A stretch of 64,000 nt of DNA from a virus (Duplodnaviria; Caudoviricetes): IMG/VR virus record IMGVR_UViG_3300033075_000545, positions 32,001 to 96,000 of that record; one strand, written 5' to 3'. Position 1 is the first letter of the stretch. Every line of letters starts with the position of its first letter. Under the pieces are notes generated by a model. That model did no database searches, was not told the DNA's origin, and worked only from the letters and a program-made list of their open reading frames with translations. A program made the translations under genes and the position numbers. Positions 29,339 through 36,895 of this stretch are shown piece by piece.

Positions 29339-30925
29339 ATGAAAAACCGCGTACTCGTTTACGGAGACGTCATGTTGGACGTCTCCGTTTTTCGTTCTAC
29401 ATATCCCACCACCCAAGAAGACCACACCGTTCCAATCTACCCAAAGTACGATCTATCCCAAGACGTGTGCGTCGCTGGTGGCGCGGGTAACCTTGCAGCA
29501 AACTTGGCTACGTTGGGTTGCGATGTGACCCTGGCATGCCACCCCGCAGGTGACGCAGAGTGGGTGGCAGTTGAAGCGCATCTCAAATCTTTAGGGGTCA
29601 AGTTCTACTACCTCGACACCGTTCTCAGAACCACGGTCAAGTGTCGGTACTACGTCGGTGATCGTTTAGTTGCTCGGGTGGATGACAACTACAAGGTCAC
29701 GTCGGTGGACAAAGTTAACGTGGCCCGAGACCTTTCCAACCAGTTCGACGCAGTTGTCATCACGGATTACGGCAAAGGGTCCATTGAGACTGTGGAAGAT
29801 GCGCACTTTTGGGCGTCGCTGTGTCCCAAAAAGTTTGCTGACCCCAAAAAGGGGAGAACTTCTCTGTGGGCGGATGTGAAACTTACCACGTTCGTGATGA
29901 ACTGGGAGGAGGCGTCCGGTTCGTTCAAATACGACGGATCGAATTTCGATAAGCGGATATCGTCCGACGTTGATGCAGGAAAACTCGCAGACAGGGTAGC
30001 CGCAGCATATTCGGCCAATTCAGTAATTGTTAAACGAGGCAAGTACGGATCGACTCTTACGTGGGCGAACCACGGCTCATCAGGCAACCGCACAGGGTTG
30101 CCTGTGACGATCCCGCCGTTCATTGTCAATCACGCTCGGGATGTGCAGGGGGCTGGAGACACGTATCTTGCGGGATACGTCTGCGCAGATCTCCGCGGGT
30201 TGTCGACAGCAGAAGCATGCGCTTTTGCATCGGCTGCTGCGGGAGTGGCTGTCTCGAAGGCAGGAACTGCCACAGTGACTCTGGACGAGGTTACTACGGT
30301 TGTAGCTCCGTATTTTGTCGGCAGTGATAAGGAGGCTGCGGTTTACTCGAATGGATCGCTGAACGCGTTGGCGAGGTACGTCATGAAGTGCCAGGCAATT
30401 GGGCTAACCGTGGGTTACACCAACGGGTGCTTTGATGCGCGGCTCCACGCCGGGCATAGGTTTACAATTGGCCAGTCGGCTAAGGGGTGCGACGTCTTGA
30501 TTGTGGGAGTGGACTCTGACGCACGAGTGCGTAAACTCAAGGGGGATACAAGACCCATCCACGGTGAGTGGGAGCGGGCTTTAGCTATTGCCTCCCTCCG
30601 CGGCGTTCACGCAGTACTGATTTTTGATTTGGATCCGGCTGAAATCCTCGCGGCCCTAAAACCCGATTTTCTGTTTAAGGGTGGGGACTACGTTAGGGAG
30701 ACGATGCCAGAGATCTCTGCATCTGGGTGGGCCGGAACGTTCGTGAACATTGGGACCGTGGTCTGCGAGCAAACTACGACGTTTATCGAGCGCATCAAAG
30801 AAGAGGCCCAACCATGCGATCGGTTATCGCCTACGCAACTTCTGACTCCCACTTTCCCGAACGCGCCGGTGGAGGATCCTGGGTCAATGTCCCAGAAGTT
30901 CGCGGAGACGCCCTCCACACACTAA
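29339..30925 (+). CDS. hldE: Bifunctional heptose-7-phosphate kinase / heptose-1-phosphate adenylyltransferase
   Basis: GDVMLD, GGAGNLA.NL..LG, TDYGKG, DVQGAGDT (PfkB) plus TNGCFD..HAGH, VGVDSD..VRKLKG..RP, KGGDY. Confidence 0.9.
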   Translation: MKNRVLVYGDVMLDVSVFRSTYPTTQEDHTVPIYPKYDLSQDVCVAGGAGNLAANLATLGCDVTLACHPAGDAEWVAVEAHLKSLGVKFYYLDTVLRTTVKCRYYVGDRLVARVDDNYKVTSVDKVNVARDLSNQFDAVVITDYGKGSIETVEDAHFWASLCPKKFADPKKGRTSLWADVKLTTFVMNWEEASGSFKYDGSNFDKRISSDVDAGKLADRVAAAYSANSVIVKRGKYGSTLTWANHGSSGNRTGLPVTIPPFIVNHARDVQGAGDTYLAGYVCADLRGLSTAEACAFASAAAGVAVSKAGTATVTLDEVTTVVAPYFVGSDKEAAVYSNGSLNALARYVMKCQAIGLTVGYTNGCFDARLHAGHRFTIGQSAKGCDVLIVGVDSDARVRKLKGDTRPIHGEWERALAIASLRGVHAVLIFDLDPAEILAALKPDFLFKGGDYVRETMPEISASGWAGTFVNIGTVVCEQTTTFIERIKEEAQPCDRLSPTQLLTPTFPNAPVEDPGSMSQKFAETPSTH

Positions 30926-31641
30926 GTGCCGCGGTTGATCTATGCTGTGAAAGCGGCGTTCCCTTGATTCTCGCAGGGGATATTTTCGACGGTCCCGATC
31001 CAGAACCAGGAGCTGTGTCTGCCGTCTACAACGAACTTCGGCGGATGTTCCGCGACGACCAACCTGTGTACTACGTTCTTGGCAACCATGACCGTGGTCG
31101 GGATTGGTTGATGCCTGTAGGCGAGATGGCGCGGAACGTTGATAGTCGTGTGGAGAAGTCCCCAACCGGATCGTTTACTATCACCGGCTTGTCGTGCGTA
31201 TCGACACGCGAGCAGTTTGTCGAAGGTACTGCTTCGGCCCCCAGGACAGATATCGGCGTGTATCACCAGAGATGGGATGAGCTGTCGGGTCCGAGTCCTT
31301 TTTCTATCGTTCAGCTTCCTGACCATAAGCTCTCCGTGTGCGGAGACGTCCACGTCCGAGCTTTCCTTGACCGCCCTACCTACCCACGTAGAATTCTCTC
31401 TCCCGGACCGTACGCACCGCAATCCGTCGCGGAGTTCCATCAAAGCACCGTTGTGTACGCGGTGTACGAGGACTTCTCCGTACGGCCGATTGAGGTCCGA
31501 GGTAGAAAGTACGTTCGGTACGATATTACAGACGCGGAGACAGCGGACGCTGCGCTTGTGGGTATGGCGGGATTGAGTCCCGACCCAACCATTCCGAAGC
31601 ACCTGTCCAAACCGATGGTTGCGGTGAAGGTTACTGTGTAG
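30814..31641 (+). CDS. SbcD/Mre11-like metallophosphoesterase (ends at an in-frame TAG, see findings)
   Basis: SDSH, AGDIFD, GNHD, YHQ, GDVH, PG motifs; upstream of an SbcC-like gene. Confidence 0.85.
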   Translation: MRSVIAYATSDSHFPERAGGGSWVNVPEVRGDALHTLSAAVDLCCESGVPLILAGDIFDGPDPEPGAVSAVYNELRRMFRDDQPVYYVLGNHDRGRDWLMPVGEMARNVDSRVEKSPTGSFTITGLSCVSTREQFVEGTASAPRTDIGVYHQRWDELSGPSPFSIVQLPDHKLSVCGDVHVRAFLDRPTYPRRILSPGPYAPQSVAEFHQSTVVYAVYEDFSVRPIEVRGRKYVRYDITDAETADAALVGMAGLSPDPTIPKHLSKPMVAVKVTV

Positions 31642-31647
31642 ATCTCG

Positions 31648-31911
31648 GTGGTCGCCGTATCATTAGAAAAACTCGCAGAAAAGCGAGACTTGGTCCTCCG
31701 AATTGTAAACCCTCCCGCCACTCCAGGCGCTGGGTCCGTCCTAAAATCCATTGTCGGGGACAACCTGGTCGATGTTGTCCGTACCTGGCCTGACGTACTC
31801 CCGGAAGCCCGATTGTTGGCTGGGAGTCTTGTAACTCCGGGGGCCGACTTCCAATCAGCAATTCAGAAAGCACGAGCCGATCATGAAACTCGTTTCGGTC
31901 GAACTGCGTAA
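31648..31911 (+). CDS. In-frame continuation of the SbcD-like protein (probable C-terminal part)
   Basis: Same frame as 30814-31641, two codons after its TAG; no clear RBS. Confidence 0.5.
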   Translation: MVAVSLEKLAEKRDLVLRIVNPPATPGAGSVLKSIVGDNLVDVVRTWPDVLPEARLLAGSLVTPGADFQSAIQKARADHETRFGRTA

Positions 31912-33862
31912 TGTTGGGAAGTACAAGAAGAACCTCATCAGCCTGTCAGGGAATTTGGTTGGGATTGTAGGTCCGAACGGGTCGGGAAAATCAACGGCAC
32001 TATCGGCGATCTATTACGCGTTTACAGGAGACCTGTCTCGGTTGGGTAAGTCAGAGGGAGCTGTTACGTTCCCGCGGCCTGATGATCACCAGCCTTACGT
32101 TAAGCTTGTCCTCTCGCCGTCTGGGACGGGCGGGGATTTGGCCACTTTGACCCGGTGGATTCCGGATGGGAAGTTGAAGGGTAAGCGGAAGCTGACCTAC
32201 GACAACCGAACGTACACTGCGGACGAAGACGTCGCGGCGGTTATCCAGGGTTGGTTCAACATGCCTACAAAGTCCATGGGGGACTTCGCGTTTGTGGCAC
32301 AGGGCAAGTTGACTGATGTGATTGACGCCCCACCTGCGAAACGGGCTGAGGTGTTGCAACACTTGTTCTCGGTGGATGCTGCAGCGAAGGCTCGGGAGTC
32401 GGTGGCCTACGCGATCCGTTCGATTCCGGCGCCTCCAGACTTCGCGGTGATTTCCGCTGCGAGAGCGAGGTCCGCGGAGTTGGAATATCAGTTACTTGAA
32501 GCGACTAAGCAGCTCAAACAGATCAAGCGCTACCCGCAGGAGATGGTCGATGCGGCTTCAACAGTTCTCTCTGACGCTACGGTTCGCGCGTCACTTCTCC
32601 CCACTCGTGACGCTTTACTTGCCAGGGTCATTGGGTACAAGACCGCGGCACTTAAACCGGCTGACCAACGCGCGAAGTCTCACGACGCCTACGAAGAGGT
32701 CACTGCTCGCGTACAGCGGTGGGATGAGTACCGTGTTCGACGCGTTGAGTATCACAACCGTACAGCTCGGCTCGCTGGCTTACGTCAAATTGCCAGCTCG
32801 CTGACCCTAACCGATCCGGGAAGACCTCCCGCTCCTGTTGATGTGAGACAACTTGCCTTATTGGACGCTCTCGCCCAGTGCTCTCACGGGTCAGACTGTC
32901 CGGTGTGTGGACAACCCGCGGACGGGTTGGTCGACGCTAAGAAAGCCAAGCACCAGGCCGATCGGATCCGCAAGGCTCACACCACGTACGAACAGGCTAA
33001 CGCGGAATACCAAAAGAGGAAGCGTGAGTACGACGCTGCTATTGCTAAAAGGGACGCAGCACTCGCGGAGCTCGCGACGATTCCGGAAATGGATCCGCCG
33101 GTACCTCCTGACGTTCCCGAGCCGACGAAGGAGGAGATTGCGACGATTACGAAGCGGGTCCAGGAGCAGGCGGCTTTGGTTCAGAGGATCGAGACAGCGA
33201 AAAAAGAACTCCCGAAATTGGAGTCCGAATTAAAAGATTTGGAAAAAAGACTTCCCGACGAAGTGACAGCAGAAGAGGTAGAATTCGCTAGAAAAGTGCT
33301 GTTTGAGGCCAAGATCAACGAACAAGAGATCTCGCGACTCGGAGGAATTTTGTCGTCGACGCAGGCCGCTCTTGATTCGAATTATAAGATAATTGCGACG
33401 GCCGAACGCGTTGAGCGTGACGCTAAGATGAACGACCAGTGGCGGAAGATTTTGGAGGGGGCTGAGGCCATCCTCCATAGAGACGCTGCACCCGCAGCGG
33501 TTGTACGGTCTCGACTGCAGGGACTTACGGACCGGGTGAATACGGTGTTGGAGTCTTTGGTCGCGGACTTTTGTGTGTCCTTAGACCCCGACGGAAATCT
33601 GATACCACATCGGAACAAGAGACCTGTTCCGAGACTATCGGGCGGTCAATCGGCATTGTTGGCATTGGCTTGGCGGTTGGCTCTTTGTCCTGGATTGCTG
33701 TGTTTGGACGAGCCGACCTATGGTTTGGATGAGAAGCGGATTGAGGCCCTGAGGTTGGCTCTAGACGCGTGGCGGGACCACACAGCTACTAGTCAGATCA
33801 TCATCGTGACCCACGACAATCGTCTTGCCAGTGCCTTCGACACGTTGGTAACGATCTCATGA
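31883..33862 (+). CDS. SbcC/Rad50-like ATPase
   Basis: GPNGSGKST, Q-loop VAQG, zinc hook CPVCG, coiled coils, LSGGQ, LDEPT, VTHD. Confidence 0.92.
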   Translation: MKLVSVELRNVGKYKKNLISLSGNLVGIVGPNGSGKSTALSAIYYAFTGDLSRLGKSEGAVTFPRPDDHQPYVKLVLSPSGTGGDLATLTRWIPDGKLKGKRKLTYDNRTYTADEDVAAVIQGWFNMPTKSMGDFAFVAQGKLTDVIDAPPAKRAEVLQHLFSVDAAAKARESVAYAIRSIPAPPDFAVISAARARSAELEYQLLEATKQLKQIKRYPQEMVDAASTVLSDATVRASLLPTRDALLARVIGYKTAALKPADQRAKSHDAYEEVTARVQRWDEYRVRRVEYHNRTARLAGLRQIASSLTLTDPGRPPAPVDVRQLALLDALAQCSHGSDCPVCGQPADGLVDAKKAKHQADRIRKAHTTYEQANAEYQKRKREYDAAIAKRDAALAELATIPEMDPPVPPDVPEPTKEEIATITKRVQEQAALVQRIETAKKELPKLESELKDLEKRLPDEVTAEEVEFARKVLFEAKINEQEISRLGGILSSTQAALDSNYKIIATAERVERDAKMNDQWRKILEGAEAILHRDAAPAAVVRSRLQGLTDRVNTVLESLVADFCVSLDPDGNLIPHRNKRPVPRLSGGQSALLALAWRLALCPGLLCLDEPTYGLDEKRIEALRLALDAWRDHTATSQIIIVTHDNRLASAFDTLVTIS

Positions 33863-36177
33863 GTAAAGAAGTTATTTGCCTACACCGTATCAATCGGACG
33901 GTTGTCGTCTGTGACGAGAACAGAAGAGAGCCTAAGCCTCAGATCATCTCGTTTCTCGAAGAGAAGCTGACGTATTACGAGAGGAAGTTTAACTTCCAAT
34001 CGCAGTACAACCAGGAAGGAGCATCTCGGATTCAAACCGAGATGAAAACGTTATATGCGAGACACCCACGTACGAACCTGTTGACATTCCCGTTGGGGCT
34101 CCGGCCGCGGATTGCGTCAGAGCTCAACAAGATCGGGTTGGAGGTGCGGTATTTTTCGAAGCCACTTCTGACACCAGAAGCTGAGAGCTTGGACTGGGAC
34201 GGACTGTTTGCGGACTTCCAAATTTTTAGCGGTCAGGATGAGTGTCTGTCGAAAATCATCGCTGCGGATGGGGGTGTGGTTGCCGCTACGACCGGAGCTG
34301 GAAAAAGTGTAATTATAAGAATGTTATGTCGTCTCTACAATAAGGCTAAGATCCATATCATTACGAAGTCAGCAACACTGGCGGACGAGATTGTTACCGA
34401 CGTTGCCAAGGTTATTCCCAACGTGGGTTTCGTTGGGGCGGGGAAGAAGAAGTTTAGTAGGGTGACGGTGTTTATCGCGGACTCGATGCATCATGGGATG
34501 GGTGAGGCGGATATTGTTTTGGCTGACGAGTGTTTTACCGGAGACGTAGAGGTGCTGGTTCCAGGCGGATCGCGTCGAATTGACAGTGTGCGTCCAGGCG
34601 ACTTAGTATATTGTGCAACCGGCTTGGGAAAAGTCGACAGCGTGTTCTGTCGGCCAAAGTCGAATCTTTACCGAGTTGAATTCTCTGATGGCACACAATT
34701 CGTCTGTACTGGAGACCACCCCGTCTTCACCGAAAAGGGGTGGATACCATCCCGACAGTTGGATGGTTCGACGGCTTTCGGCCCAGAAGCCGTGCGCTTT
34801 TTGTGGGAAGCCGATCGTACCGTGGCAGAACAAATCAAAGACGGGAAGGCCACAACACCAATCGGAACCGAGTTGGACCAAGCAAAAGACCTGCTCGCAA
34901 TCCTGTGCGAAGAGGCTTGCGAACCCGATGAGCAAGCTACAGACCCGTCTCAAGGTCCGCGCGCGATTACGAGAGATCAGGCACAAGCCGATCAAGAGAG
35001 GCGGGAACGGGCAATTGCTACCCTTACCTCAACTTGCGCTGCTACACGCACTCGGGGAAGGGTGGGAGTCCGAAGTGTCGATTCCAACGAAGAAACCAGT
35101 GGGGAGTGGTTACCCGACGGCGTACAAATTGGACATTGCTCACAAGGACAAGAAGATCGCGATCGAATTGGACGGAGGCAGTCACTGCTGTCTGGAACGG
35201 AGGACGCAAGACGCGAAAAAGATGATCTTGATGGCCGAGCTCGGGTGGTCCGTGTTTCGCGTGTCGAATGCGAAGGCCCTGTCCCTGTATTCAACCTTCG
35301 TGTCAGTGGACACCCTTCTTACTTCGCTAATGGGAAATTAGTCCATAATTGTCACCAACTAGCTGCGCCGACATACTCTCAAATGTTGGGGCGGTACACT
35401 TCGGCGAAGATGATTGGATTCTCAGCCACTCCAAAGGGGAGAATGGACGGACGAGATGTGTTGTTGGAAGCGATTTTCGGACCGATCCTATATGAGTTTC
35501 CCTACCAAGAGGCACAGAGCGCTGGCCGTGTGGTGCCGATCACAACAGAATTCCTCCGTGTGAAGGAAGGCCCGGACGTAAGTGGGATCGGTTCGATTCC
35601 CGTTCGGGAGCAGGTTGGAATCTGGACGAATCAACACCGCAACAAAGTCATCGCTGAGAGGGTCAAACAGTTCGAACCGGACGAACAGGTGATGATCATG
35701 GTTAAGACCATCGAGCACGCCGTTCGACTTAAAGAGCTCCTTCCTGATTTTACTCTCATACACGCAGCAGACGGTATGGACCCGGAGAGGTTCCGGGAGT
35801 ACGTTCGGTCTGGGATGCTGCAAGCCGACGAGCCACAATTGACCAAGGATCGATTGAAGACGCTGCGTCGCGACTTTGCCAGTGGGAAATTGAAGAAGGT
35901 CATCAGCAACTATGTATGGTCCACTGGGGTGAACTTCGTCAATTTAGCGGTCTTGGTGCGAGCAGATGCTGCGGCCAGTGAGATTGCGGACGGACAGATC
36001 CCGGGGCGAATTTGTCGCCGGGTGCCTGGAATTAAGGAGTCTGCTCTCCTAATCGACGTTTACGATGAGTGGGATCAGACTTTCTTGGAGAGATCGAGAA
36101 AGCGCCGTGTGAACTACGCTAAGAGGGGGTGGGAGATCACCTTCTCGGACCCGAGTTTAGCTTCTAAGGGTGGTTGA
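33859..36177 (+). CDS. SF2 (UvsW/ResIII-like) DExH helicase with an intein in motif II
   Basis: TTGAGKS, spliced ADE|CH, FSATP, STGVN, QIPGRICR. Confidence 0.9.
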   Translation: MSKEVICLHRINRTVVVCDENRREPKPQIISFLEEKLTYYERKFNFQSQYNQEGASRIQTEMKTLYARHPRTNLLTFPLGLRPRIASELNKIGLEVRYFSKPLLTPEAESLDWDGLFADFQIFSGQDECLSKIIAADGGVVAATTGAGKSVIIRMLCRLYNKAKIHIITKSATLADEIVTDVAKVIPNVGFVGAGKKKFSRVTVFIADSMHHGMGEADIVLADECFTGDVEVLVPGGSRRIDSVRPGDLVYCATGLGKVDSVFCRPKSNLYRVEFSDGTQFVCTGDHPVFTEKGWIPSRQLDGSTAFGPEAVRFLWEADRTVAEQIKDGKATTPIGTELDQAKDLLAILCEEACEPDEQATDPSQGPRAITRDQAQADQERRERAIATLTSTCAATRTRGRVGVRSVDSNEETSGEWLPDGVQIGHCSQGQEDRDRIGRRQSLLSGTEDARREKDDLDGRARVVRVSRVECEGPVPVFNLRVSGHPSYFANGKLVHNCHQLAAPTYSQMLGRYTSAKMIGFSATPKGRMDGRDVLLEAIFGPILYEFPYQEAQSAGRVVPITTEFLRVKEGPDVSGIGSIPVREQVGIWTNQHRNKVIAERVKQFEPDEQVMIMVKTIEHAVRLKELLPDFTLIHAADGMDPERFREYVRSGMLQADEPQLTKDRLKTLRRDFASGKLKKVISNYVWSTGVNFVNLAVLVRADAAASEIADGQIPGRICRRVPGIKESALLIDVYDEWDQTFLERSRKRRVNYAKRGWEITFSDPSLASKGG
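34531..35349 (+). mobile_element. Intein (273 aa) whose homing endonuclease is encoded out of frame
   Basis: CFTGDVEV..GDLV..CTGDHPVFTEKGW ... VFNLRVSGHPSYFANGKLVHN|C; the central in-frame region has no recognisable motifs. Confidence 0.92.
34763..35341 (+). CDS. Zn-finger plus DUF559/Vsr-like (EDxHD-type) endonuclease nested in the +1 frame of the intein
   Basis: CAFCGK..TCSQSC, then YKLDIA..KIAIELDGGSH..QDAKK..LGWSVFRVSN. The ORF is open from 34613; ATG 34763 chosen because it follows intein block B. Confidence 0.85.
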   Translation: MVRRLSAQKPCAFCGKPIVPWQNKSKTGRPQHQSEPSWTKQKTCSQSCAKRLANPMSKLQTRLKVRARLREIRHKPIKRGGNGQLLPLPQLALLHALGEGWESEVSIPTKKPVGSGYPTAYKLDIAHKDKKIAIELDGGSHCCLERRTQDAKKMILMAELGWSVFRVSNAKALSLYSTFVSVDTLLTSLMGN

Positions 36178-36886
36178 TATGCCCAAGTACATTGATGATC
36201 TTCCGCCGGATACGTGGGAGATGGACGCGGACCCTGTTCCGCGGGGGATCCCATCTCGATCGATACTGGACCCAGAATCTGAAAAGGTCCGCACCGCGTG
36301 GATTCACGGTGTTCGTAAATTGGAAAGCCAGCGGATCGGTGCTCCGTCAAAGTACGTTCCACCTGTGCTTTTGGATGGTGGAGCTACATCGACGGGAAAG
36401 AAGTATAAGCCCGTATGGCCCGAGATTGTACGTAAAGCCAACCGAGACGGTCACGATCCGGTGGACCTGGTCCATACGTACTTCGAGCGACACGTTTCCA
36501 ACTTTGATCCTGCGGAGCACCCGAACAACATTTTCCGGGCAGAGAATCTGGAGTCTGTGCATAAGGCACGGCGACAGGAACTCAACCGGATTCGGATTTT
36601 GATGGTCACCCACGAAGCAACCTGGCGGACGGCTGTTTGGGCTGCTATGGTGATCCTCCCTGATAAAGTTGCCGCTCACCGTAAGGCCCTCAAAGACGTG
36701 AGCAACGGTTTGACTCCGTTGTTCCGTTACTGTGTGGCCCGCCTGTACGAGATTGATGACCTAGCGGAAGCGTGGAAACAACTGGCCCACCAACAGTTCA
36801 ATGGGTATCCGGAGGCGTACCTACAGTACTGGTTCAACATCCTTCCCAAAGAATTCATTCCCAAGGCGCCAAACCGCGCCTCTTGA
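36170..36886 (+). CDS. Hypothetical protein in the replication block
   Basis: Tiles between the two helicases; start may be ATG 36179. Confidence 0.7.
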   Translation: MVDMPKYIDDLPPDTWEMDADPVPRGIPSRSILDPESEKVRTAWIHGVRKLESQRIGAPSKYVPPVLLDGGATSTGKKYKPVWPEIVRKANRDGHDPVDLVHTYFERHVSNFDPAEHPNNIFRAENLESVHKARRQELNRIRILMVTHEATWRTAVWAAMVILPDKVAAHRKALKDVSNGLTPLFRYCVARLYEIDDLAEAWKQLAHQQFNGYPEAYLQYWFNILPKEFIPKAPNRAS

Positions 36887-36895
36887 GGTTCAGTC

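Noticed and set aside
30814-30925. 112-nt overlap of hldE with the SbcD-like gene as functional dual coding
   Set aside because: HldE similarity ends near TTTFIERIK, so the overlapping tail looks like an unconstrained extension.
34729-34742. GAA AAG GGG as a programmed -1 frameshift into the nested endonuclease
   Set aside because: The endonuclease lies in the +1 frame, so a -1 slip would not reach it.
34613-34762. Longer GTG start for the nested endonuclease given by the ORF track
   Set aside because: These 50 codons overlap conserved intein N-terminal sequence including block B and show no motif in +1. ATG 34763 is more plausible, although it has no strong Shine-Dalgarno sequence.
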